Shown: piece after piece, positions 38,621 to 49,167 of the stretch
How the letters are laid out: each line of letters begins with the position of its first letter
Numbering within the stretch: the first letter of the stretch is position 1
Source: Octopus vulgaris
Lineage: Eukaryota
Reading direction: 5' to 3'
Length of the DNA: 64,000 bases
Assembly (NCBI GenBank): GCA_951406725.2
Contig: OX597818.1
Coordinates: 27,528,001-27,592,000 of the forward strand
Program-made: the position numbers and the translations under genes
The notes under the pieces: model-generated
What the model saw: only the letters and a program-made list of their open reading frames with translations
Databases searched by the model: none
What the model was told of the DNA's origin: nothing

Positions 38621-39549
38621 CACCATTGATTGCTTTCACCCATGTTCACCATCCACTACATTCACCTTTGTTCCCATCTCCATCCATTTGTCCTTCTCTT
38701 TCATACTCATGTGAACTTACCCATCCACCCTTCCTGCTCCCCTGTTCCTAGTCTCTCTTTGATTCACTTCCTTGTGCCTTGAAGGTATGCCCTGACATCT
38801 TATCACTGCCATCTTTCCAGCTGGGGAAGTCATGTATCTCCTTTGCAGCAAACTGTAAAAATGGAAAAGAGTAAGGATGAACAAAAAACGAAATTAGAGA
38901 GCCAAAAATAAAGATAGGAAAAAGAGAGACAATAATTACAACTCTCTCTCTCTTTCCACCTTCCTGTAGTAAATTCTTTCATTCTTTATACTGTGCAATG
39001 GAAGTGAAAACAGTGCAAGAAAGATAGGAGAATAAATTACAACAAGAAAGAAAAGAAAGAAGTGAAAGTAGAAGAGTCTAAATGGACTTTCAAATCTGAA
39101 TTGCTTTCAGCTTAATTTTCTGCTTAATGTAATTGGTTAGACAGTTGTAGAACAGTGAACATTTTTGAGTGAGGCAAGAGGGAAAAGTAGATAACATGTG
39201 TAAAACAATTAGTTGTCCTAAAAGTAAGCAATGAAAAACATATTCTGATATCCTGAACTGGCTTGGTTTAGTTTTAGATCCGTTTCACATCAACTTTTAC
39301 ACCATACGATGTAAATGTAAGGCTTGTTGTCGGTAAGTAAATATTGTTTACTATTCATGTGAAGCTTAAATCCAACAAAGTATAACTTTGCAATTTCTAT
39401 TATCCAACTACTAAAGTTTAAATTTGTATTCTGTTTAAAGTTGGAAGTTTTCTGTCTATTCAACCACCTCACAAAAATGCACAGTAGCTTATGTAAAACT
39501 GCACACATTACATATGTAAGTATTTATATATATATATATCCATGCATAC

Positions 39550-39607
<58 letters not shown>

Positions 39608-39644
39608 AAATATGTGTGTATATATATATATATGTATGTATATA

Positions 39645-39690
<46 letters not shown>

Positions 39691-39769
39691 GATAGATATA
39701 GATATATACATATATATTCATGTTTATTTCATTCATTGTTTACAAGGTTCTCTCTCCCCACTTCTGCTA

Positions 39770-39810
<41 letters not shown>

Positions 39811-39859
39811 TATATGTATATTTGTTTATATATCTGTATATATGTATATATATATATCA

Positions 39860-40960
39860 TTATCAACATCATCATTGTCATCATCGTTTAGTATCCACTT
39901 TCCATGCTGGCATTGGTTGGACAGTTTGACTGAGAGCTGGCAAGCCACAAGGCTGTACCAGGCTCCAATCCGATCTGGCAAAGTTTCTACAGCTGGATGC
40001 CCTTCCTAATGCTAGCCACTCCGAGAGTGTAGTGGGTGTTTTTTACATTCCACCGGCATGGGAGCCAGTCAGGTGGCACCGGCAATGACCATGCTCAAAT
40101 GGTGCTTCTTACGTGCCACCAGCACGGAACCAGTCAGGTGGCACTGGCATTGACCATACATGAACGGTGTTTTTTAATGCCACTATCATTGGCTATGACA
40201 ACAACTTCACTTGCCTCAACAGGTCTTTGCAAGCACAATTTATTGCCCAATGATTGAAAAGTACTCTTAAATGGGCTGGTTATGCTGCACTGTCATAGGC
40301 CATGGTTTCGGTCTCACTTGGCTTGCTGGGTTTTCTCAAGCACACCATATCTCCATAGGTCTTGGTCACTTGTCATCTCCTCGGTGATGCCCAATGTTCA
40401 GAGGTCGTGCTTCACCACCTCAGCCCAGGTCTTCCTGGGTGTACCTCTTCCACAGGTTCCCTCTACTGCTAAGGAGTGACACTTTTTCACACGGCTGTCA
40501 TTATTCATACACAACACATGACCATACCAGCACAGATATCTCTCTTGCACACCACATCTGATGCTTCTTATGTCCAACTTTTCTTTCAGGGCACTTACAC
40601 TCTGTCATGTATGCACACTGACATTACACATCGGGCAGTGCATACTAGCTTCATTCCTTGCTAGCTTACACGTGTCATCAGCAGTCACAGCCCATGTTTC
40701 ACTGCCATGTAGCATGACTGCTTGCATACATGCATCATACAGTCTACATTTTACTCTGAGCAAGAGGCCCTTTGTCACCAGCAGATGTAGGAGCTCTCTG
40801 AACTTTGCCCAGGCTATTCTTATTCTAGCAGCTACACTCTCAGAGCATCCAATCCTGCTACTGACTTAAGCTATCAACTAGTTGTAGTTTTTCCCCCTGG
40901 AATGTTACAGAAGCTGTTTTCTGGACATTTTCAGTGTTTATTGCGCCTGAGCATTTGCTG
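39860..40960 (-). mobile_element. 5'-truncated RTE LINE
   Basis: RIRIAWAKFRELL, C-terminus and 3'UTR similar to 34895-36060. Confidence 0.9.
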
Positions 40961-40997
<37 letters not shown>

Positions 40998-41052
40998 CTA
41001 TGTGTCTATGTATATATTTTATATATGTGTGTGTGTATATATATATATATTT

Positions 41053-41101
<49 letters not shown>

Positions 41102-41194
41102 CAAAATGGGACAAGAACACAAAACAATACAAAAAACAAGGACGGGTCATTCATTTGTGTGTATATATGTATATAAATTTGTTTACACAATGTA

Positions 41195-41245
<51 letters not shown>

Positions 41246-41247
<2 letters not shown>

Positions 41248-41296
41248 CTTCTACAGGACTAGAACTGTTTCATTCAGATGAAATCTTCAGGAAGCT
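41246..41296 (-). ncRNA. Type-I hammerhead-like motif inside a hairpin mini-element
   Basis: AGCTTC-CTGAAGA-T-TTC-ATCT-GAA-T-GAAA-CAG-TTCTAGTC-CTG-TA-GAAGCT. Confidence 0.65.
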
Positions 41297-41400
41297 CAGC
41301 TTCTAGTCCTGTAGAAGCTCCTTCTATAAAATAAAGTACTTTACTCTGCTATGTATTAGTACCTTATTTACTGTGGTTAACCCCGACTCAACCCGGGACC

Positions 41401-41441
<41 letters not shown>

Positions 41442-41825
41442 TCTCCCAAACTGCACCTATTTCCTTCCTCACATTTCCTCTTCATCCACTATGATTTCCC
41501 ACTCCCCCATCCTGTCCTCACTACACTGCTCACTGTTTGCTAGTTTCCCCAACCCTCTGTATATGCAGGTTCTCACCAGTCATAGTATTCCCTACCCCAC
41601 TCCCTACTTGTGCCTTCATGGCAATATTCTGTCACATATATTATGACCTGGCACCTGTCACCATTTATCTTTCTCTTCCTTACTCTACCATTGCATCAAT
41701 GCTCTGATCCCTGTTCCTTACGTGTATACCCTGGCACTTTGCCACCATCCCTCTCCTACTCTTTCTTGTACTCTTGCTGTCTCCCTCTCTCTCTCTCTCT
41801 CTCTCTCTTTCCCTTACTCTTCCCT

Positions 41826-42003
41826 CTGGCTGGGTAGCCATGAATCTCCTCTACAGCAGCAGACCTGTTTCTGCCCTCATTCTTGATCACTCTCTCTCCC
41901 TCCTTCTCTTGCTCTTACCTCTGGCTAGGTAACCATGTACCTCCTTTACAGCAGCACATCTGTTTCTGACCTCATTATCATTAACCCTCTCTCTCTCTGT
42001 CTC

Positions 42004-42045
<42 letters not shown>

Positions 42046-42125
42046 TTCTCTCTCTCTTTCTATCTGGCTGGGTAACAATTTACCTCCTCTGCAGCAAGAC
42101 ATCTGTTTCTGTCTCTGTCTTTTTG
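41826..42125 (+). repeat. Three diverged ~55-bp units separated by (CT)n
   Basis: CTGGCT(G/A)GGTA(G/A)C..CTCCT.T.CAGCA..CA.CTGTTTCTG at 41826, 41921 and 42064. Confidence 0.7.
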
Positions 42126-42283
42126 TCATACTTTCATCAGCTGACAAAAGATCACCTCCTCCAATGCCCCCCCCCCCCAGCCCACTTACAAAATACTTGG
42201 TGATCCTGTCAGTGTTTGTGCCACTTAAAAAGCAACCAGTCTACACTGTGCTGGTGCGACGCATAGAAAAGTGTTTCCATATA

Positions 42284-42843
42284 CAGTTGCGGCCAAAATG
42301 TTCAGAACGTCATTGTTTTCGTCAGAAAAGTAAGTATAAGTTTTTATCAGCAATGGAAGGAGGACATCAAACAATGATGATGATGATATATATTATGTGT
42401 TTATAATATTTATCTATATCTCTCTAGCTACATACAGTGGCGGCCAAAATGTTCAGAACGGCATTGTTTTCGTCAGAAAAGAAGTAGGTATAAGTTTTTA
42501 TCAAAGTTGTTTTAAATCATCCATAACTTTTGTATTATGCTCTTAAATTACACCAAAATCTCAGGCAATAACAAATAATATCGTATTTATTGTCTGTGAA
42601 AATTATAGAATATAAAACAACTTTGATAAAAACTTATACCTACTTCTTTTCTGACGAAAACAATGCCGTTCTGAACATTTTGGCCGCCACTGTATGTAGC
42701 TAGAGAGATATAGATAAATATTATATACACATAATATATATCATCATCATCATTGTTTGATGTCCTCCTTCCATTGCTGATAAAAACTTATACTTACTTT
42801 TCTGACGAAAACAATGACGTTCTGAACATTTTGGCCGCAACTG
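42284..42843. mobile_element. Tc1/mariner-type MITE with doubled TIRs (inner unit 42435-42692)
   Basis: TA-CAGT(T/G)GCGGCCAAAATGTTCAGAAC twice per arm; near-perfect arms of about 240 bp. Confidence 0.85.
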
Positions 42844-42881
42844 TATATGGACTATACATATACACACACACACACACACAC

Positions 42882-42949
<68 letters not shown>

Positions 42950-43132
42950 ATATTGTGCATGTGTGTGTGTGTGTTTGTGTATGTATATAAATGTGTCTTC
43001 TTGATAAATTTAGTAACTTCTATGCTGAAGTAGAGACAACATGTTCTTTGTCTATCTCCTTAACTTCTTGGAGATTTCAGGTATAATTATACTGTGTCCA
43101 TCTGTTAAAATTTAATTAAATTCTATGTCTTG

Positions 43133-43219
43133 TGCAGCTGAAGATTGCTCTACATTTTAAATTCATGTAATGATTGCATTGTTCAATTAAATGGAGTTGC
43201 ATGAAACGATCGTACTGCA
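43133..43219 (+). ncRNA. Type-I hammerhead ribozyme candidate with intact core and extended stem II
   Basis: TGCAG-CTGAAGA-T-TGC[~50 nt]GCA-T-GAAA-CGATCG-TA-CTGCA; GUA cleavage triplet. Confidence 0.75.
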
Positions 43220-43370
43220 TTACCTCTGGATATCCTTGTTGCTTATTTTGATTTTAATCACCTTACTTTGAAATTGTATGGATAATACCGTACTAAATTC
43301 TGGTGCCGCATCTTAAGTACCATATTCATATGAATCTTAATTTTTGCTGAACTCATCTACCATACCCAAA

Positions 43371-43437
<67 letters not shown>

Positions 43438-43442
<5 letters not shown>

Positions 43443-44419
43443 AAACAAGTCAAAAATAGAAAATGCTAAAATAATTTTATAGTGAATCTTTCAGTACCGG
43501 TTTCGGTCATTTTGAGACCTTTTCAACTGTAACGATTAAATAATTAAATTTAGAAAAATTAGAAGAAAAGTTTTTTTAAAGGAATATTTCTATAGTAGTG
43601 TTCAGATATAAGTGGCATTCTGCCTTTCTCTGACTCCCTTGTTTACACTTGTGTGTTCGAGGTCGTTGTGAGTTCTTGAAAGGGTAGGAGAAGAAGAAGG
43701 CTGATGTGGAGAGGGGGTGGGAGTGGGAAAATCTGGGAGTGCCCTGATGGTCGTATTTTGAATGGTCAGTGGCGGCCAGCAGTCGCAGTCCAATTCAGGA
43801 ATTGCTTATGGAATTTGCGTAGGCGTTATACTAAAAGACATTAGTGACAAGGTTAAGGGGTAGAAGGTGGAGAAGTAGAAGAAGAAGAAGAAGATGACGA
43901 TGTTGATGATGATGATGAAGAAGAAGAAGAAGAAGAAGAAGAAGAAGGAGAAGATGATGATGATGATGATGATGGTGGTGATGATGATGACGACAATGAT
44001 GATGATAATGATGATGATGAAGAAGAAGAGGAAGAAGAAGAAAAAAAAACAGAGAAGGGAGAATATGAATGGGTGAAAGTATAGCTGTGATGGGGCTGAT
44101 TAGTAATGGATTCTATGGAATGTAATATTTGTGTGTGTATACCCTCTCCACATCAGCCTTCTTCTTCTCCTACCCTTCCAAGAACTCACAACGACCTCGA
44201 ACACACAAGTGAAAACAAGGGAGTCAGAGAAAGGCAGAATGCCACTTATATCTGAACACTACTATAGAAATATTCCTTTAAAAAAACTTTTCTTCTAATT
44301 TTTCTAAATTTAATTATTTAATCGTTACAGTTGAAAAGGTTTCAAAATGACCGAAACCGGTACTGAAAGATTCACTATAAAATTATTTTAGCATTTTCTA
44401 TTTTTGACTTGTTTTTTCA
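43438..44419. mobile_element. Inverted pair of ~280-bp PLE-like tails around a (GAA)/(GAT)-rich spacer
   Basis: Arms 43438-43715 and 44142-44419; each carries an HHR-shaped motif (43492-43529 on -, 44328-44365 on +); both ends meet TA repeats. Confidence 0.8.
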
Positions 44420-44451
44420 TATATATCAACTCGTGTGTTCCTTTCCACCTT

Positions 44452-44514
<63 letters not shown>

Positions 44515-44516
<2 letters not shown>

Positions 44517-45370
44517 CAATTCAAACATGAACAAGCAAGAAAAAATGCGAGGACGTGGAACAAGTACTGTGTTATTGGACGCTCAGGAAAGGAAAGAAAA
44601 GAAAGAGGATTTCATGTTTCGAGCAGAGCCCTTCATCAGAAATATAGAAGAAGTCCAAAGAAAGGAAGATGGAGAAAAAAAATCGCCAACGCCAAACACG
44701 AAGTCACATATTGAAATAACCGGAAGGGAATGGGTGAAGAAAAAGTTCTTTCTAAGACAGGAGAGTGCAAGAGAAGGAGGTATGCGTATGTGTGGGTATG
44801 TGCGTGTGCGCAGGTCTGTCTGTGTGTGTGTGTGTGTGTAATGATAGCACATGTATGTGTGTGCGCAGGCGTGTGTGTAGTTGTGGCTGTTTATGTATGT
44901 GTGTGGTTGGACTAGTGTCGCTTAAGGTCGTAGGAAGAATTTATAGTAAGAATTTTGGTAGGAGTGGCTGTCTGTTGTGTAAATGTAAGTTACTCTGTGT
45001 GTGCGTGTGTCCATGTATGTATAATTATGTGCGTGTATGTATGAGTGTGTGTTGTGTGTGTATGGGAGCTATGTGTGTGTTCATTTGCGTGTGCGTGCGT
45101 GTGTACATGTGTGAGTGTATGTGCGTGTGTACATGTGTGTGTATGTGCGTGCATGTGTGTGTGCGTGTGTATGTGTGTGCAGATGTGTGTGAGCGAGGGG
45201 TTGTGTGGGGAGGTATGTGTATGACATTTTACGCGTGTGTGCGTGTGTGTGCACGTGTATGCGTATAGTTGTGTGTGCGTGTATGTGTGGCTTGTGTATG
45301 TGTGTACGTGTATACGTGGGGTTGTGAGTTTTAGGTATGTGTGCATTCGTGTGTGTGCGCATGTGTGTGT
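44515..45370 (-). mobile_element. PLE-like tail with a degenerate hammerhead (44609-44643) and TG-rich low-complexity body
   Basis: Minus strand ATTT-CTGATGA-A-GGGC-TCT-GCTC-GAAA-CATG-AAAT; architecture similar to 24200-24657. Confidence 0.55.
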
Positions 45371-45373
45371 ATA

Positions 45374-45511
45374 CCATTGGATCAAAGATATTTGCTCCGA
45401 AATATGTATGTATGTATGTATGTATCTGGCATTAAGAAGAGCATCCATCCGCAGACATGGAGCCTGGACAACTCTTCAGTTGGCCATTGGATCAAAGATA
45501 TTTGCACCGAA

Positions 45512-45542
<31 letters not shown>

Positions 45543-45617
45543 TGTATGTATGTATGTATCTGGCATTAAGAAGGGCATCCATCCGCAGACATGGAGCCTG
45601 GACAACTCTTCAGTTGG
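45374..45617 (+). repeat. Tandem duplication (2 units of ~110-135 bp) containing (TATG)n and part of an RTE tail
   Basis: CCATTGGATCAAAGATATTTGC..CTCTTCAGTTGG repeated at 45374 and 45484. Confidence 0.9.
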
Positions 45618-46218
45618 CCAGTTCCTGTTAAACTGTCCAACCCATGCCAGTATAGAAAATGGACATTAAATGATGATGATATATATATATAGACATCAGT
45701 CTCGTTTGGAAACGACAGAGTATTATTATAAGACAGGTGAATTGGCTTTATCAGAGTTTGAGTCTGAGAAGCAAGTCACAACACTCAAGACTCCTGCAAG
45801 CAACAAAAGGTCAAGGGTCGTCACCTCTGATGCCTCAGTAAATGTCAGACCAGTGGTCAGTACCGACATCCGATATGTTTACTTTCTGAATGTCATGGGC
45901 CTTGTAATGTCCTACCAATACAAAGCCTCATAGCTGAAAGACTTAGTTACATGTAATCAAGCAATATGCATGGCACTAACAGAAACACATCTGAACGCTT
46001 ACATATCAGTTGCTGAAATACACATACAAAAGTATATTGTATTTCAAACAGACTAAAGAGAAAGAATTTATGATGGAGTGGCAATGTACATCTGGGAAGA
46101 TGTCACACTTGTAATCCTGCTGCCACACTCAGACTCAGTTTGTGTCACTCTGGTAATACACATTAAACAGACCAAAATAGTAATATTGTAGCATACACTT
46201 GAGTCAAAATAGTAATAT

Positions 46219-46527
46219 TGTAGCATACACTTGAGTGAAATTTCTCTCTCCCTTCATTATAAATACGTGCATTCGAACGTCGCATGTAACAGCTAGCCTT
46301 TGTCCGCTATTTGGATCCCGTTGTGTCCACTAATCTGATTGGTTGGTATTGGTGCAATTTGTCTCTTACTCTGTCGCGCCAATTTTCCGCGTATAACCAA
46401 TCGGAGCCTGTAAATAAAATTCTGCGAGACAGCCTGTTCTTAACTCCTTTTTGAGCCTACACCTCATAAAATCTCACCTTCTCCTCGTCTCGAGGCCTTT
46501 CATTTCCAGAACTTTTTATGTACTACA
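46219..46527 (+). mobile_element. Solo-LTR-like insertion
   Basis: TGTAG...CTACA ends, CCAAT boxes, AATAAA; core similar to 47170-47480; preceded by a 32-bp tandem duplication (46173-46236). Confidence 0.5.
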
Positions 46528-47169
46528 TAACTCCCACCAAATGCGCCAGATCATGAGAACTCATTCAAAGAGAGTCTCAAAAAGACGGAAGAAGTGTTAA
46601 CCAACCTAGATAATATCCTTCGCATACTTCTTCCCCACTGTGAAATGGCCGGAGGCTGCCTTCTCTCGAGTATGTCAGTGCATGAATCTCTGCTTGACCG
46701 CACAAACATGCTCTTTATGGAGCAAATGGTATTCCACTCAACAAGAGATAAAAATGTCTTGAACTTCTGCTTTACAAATAGCATGGCATTCATCCATATT
46801 GTTAAGGTGACACCAGCGATTTTTCTCAGACCTTCATCTTATAGAACTAATAACACATGGTCTGCAGAGAACTGCCGCCATTCAAGCTATTAGAAGCACC
46901 CAACTCCTTTCCATCCTGAACTTTCATAGAACTGTTTGGAAGGATATTCAGAAAAAGATCATGGAACAAAACTGGTCTCTCTTCACAAGATATTGACATA
47001 AAGTTACAGAACTTTGACAGTCATGCATGACATATGCAGTAAGTTTGATCCAGAGAGAATGTCAAACCAACAGAAAAATATAATTCCCAGAGGTTGGAAA
47101 ATTCTAAAGAGACGACGAGCAAAGATCTCAAATCATCCAAGTGTACAACAAAAAGAGAGGGAAGACTCC

Positions 47170-47985
47170 TGTAGCGTAACTGATAATCTCACTGTTTGAG
47201 AGACACATTAAGAATGATCTCGTTTGAGATTACAACCATCTTTGGCTAGTTTGACCCTGTTGTGTCCACTGCTCTGATTCGTTGGCATTTGGCGCGGTTT
47301 GTCTCTCGACTTATTTCGCGCCAGTGTGTAAGCCAACCAATCACGGCCTTTGGATAAGGTCTCGTGACACTGTTTTTTCTGATCCTTCATTTGAGCCACC
47401 TAAACCCTATAAAAAGGCCAGCATTCACTATTCCAGGTCTTTGGTTCTAGACCTTCTAAGGTCTAGTCACTGACCACCGAGCTACTCAGCCGTGTTCCAG
47501 TTCCAGCGACAGACGATGATGCTAATGTACACCAGCAGCGTAGGACGTCTCCACCACCGTCAACTTCAACAACATGTACACATCAGTATCGCCCAGGTCT
47601 AAACTCACGCTGTTTGTGAATATTTCACTGAGGTAAAACAGTTACAGTCTACCTGAAGAACTTTCTGTATCAAGAGACTCGGCACCGCATTGAAGCCACA
47701 ACTTCTACACATGTAGTAACCGGCATTCTGCCACGTGACCCCAACATCTTGTTATAGAACTCTTGTTATCATGTACCTCACTTACGAACTGGTAAACAAA
47801 TTCCACCGTAACTCAATATGAGACATTCATCTTATGTTCTGTATTTTGTTCTATACGCATACACTTCTGTCGCATACACGAACACACAGACACAAATACT
47901 ATGCGCACGCATTCCTTACACTCTTATCTCAAACAAACAATGCTTGAGATTGAAAGTGAACCCAAACACTCTTTTTCCCAAAGAA
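47170..47985 (+). mobile_element. Solo-LTR-like insertion in the LINE
   Basis: Starts TGTAGC; CCAAT and TATAAAA near 47408; LINE frame resumes near 47990; right boundary uncertain. Confidence 0.5.
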
Positions 47986-48769
47986 GACACCAGAAAAAGA
48001 AGGTAGGACTGTAAAAATTGTAAAGGCAAACCTTTAAAACTTCTACAGATTTGTAAAAGAGTCTGTTTCAGTACAGTACAAGATAGGGCCACCGACAGCA
48101 AATCCCCAGAGGATAAGTGAAATGCTGAACGTGCAATACAAAGGTGTTTTCAAAACTCCTTGGGACACTTGCAAATAAATATATATGATATGTTCTTTAG
48201 CACCACAGCTCTACACAAAGAAATAGCAGCTATTGATTATATCGAAATAGAGGAAACTGATGTAATATCAGCCATTGATGAAATGGGCTTAAACTCAATC
48301 ACAAGCTCTGATGGATTCCCAGAGATACTCTTAAAGAAATGCAAAGAGATTTAGTAAGTCTACAAGATATCCTTTTCCTAAGCTTCCTTGCAAATGGGAG
48401 ACTTCTCAGAAAGTTAAAGGAAAGCATAATATGTCCTATCCATTAAAAAGGTAAAAGAGCAGATGCTAAAAATTATAGGCCTATCTCTCAAACCCAGTGT
48501 CTGCCAAACTGTGTGCTGCAGGACAGTGGTGTGCTGCGAGAGATTCCTGGAGTGGTGCGAAAAATATTTTCAGGATTTTTGGAAAACAACGATCCAAGAA
48601 CATTCGCAAAGTTTGAGCGTAAATATAAATTAATTAAGTAAATCGTAAGATACGGTAAATATAAATTAATTACACTACATGACGAACAGAAGTTTTGCTA
48701 CAATATGTAACAAGATGAGAGTTTCAGGAACACTTGAGGGGTGTCTGGTCTTATATTGCCACATACAAT

Positions 48770-49167
48770 AGTCGAAGAAAAGGAACCAAAAATCCGGCTG
48801 TCTTCAGTAACAATAAATAGTATTTTATTCGGGTTCACAGGTAAAATATATACATATATATTTCTTAAGGGCGAACCGGCAGCCAAGTCCACAGGACTGT
48901 TTACAAATGTTCACTCGGGTGAGCCAAGAAGATACGGTCTCCGTTCCCGCTTCGAAGAGAGAGCTTCTCTGTGCGTAGGGTTTTCCCTGAGAGAAGTTTT
49001 AGTCACGTCCGCTCGTTAGGGCTGCTCTCCGAAAAAGGACCGATTTTAGCGGGGACGCTTTCAGGTTGCAGTTCCTGCGCATGCGCATGAGGGAACTTCT
49101 GGCGGCCTACCGGAAGTAATCCAATTCTGCGCATGCACGCTGAAACTTCCACAGTAGCGTCACTACA
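48770..49167 (-). promoter_or_regulatory. 3' LTR of the CsRn1 element (left boundary approximate)
   Basis: Begins TGTAGTG after the PPT; ETS-like CCGGAAGT (49110-49117), NRF1-like TGCGCATGCGCA (49076-49087), TATA near 48850, AATAAA near 48823. Confidence 0.7.

Noticed and set aside
42284-42843. CRISPR-like or HHR reading of the repeated CTGACGAAAA units
   Set aside because: The repeats are inverted TA-flanked Tc1-type TIRs with no spacers and no stem II/GAAA geometry; the context is eukaryotic.
43860-44075. Poly-K/M/E/D ORF
   Set aside because: (GAA)n/(GAT)n simple repeats in the inverted-repeat spacer.
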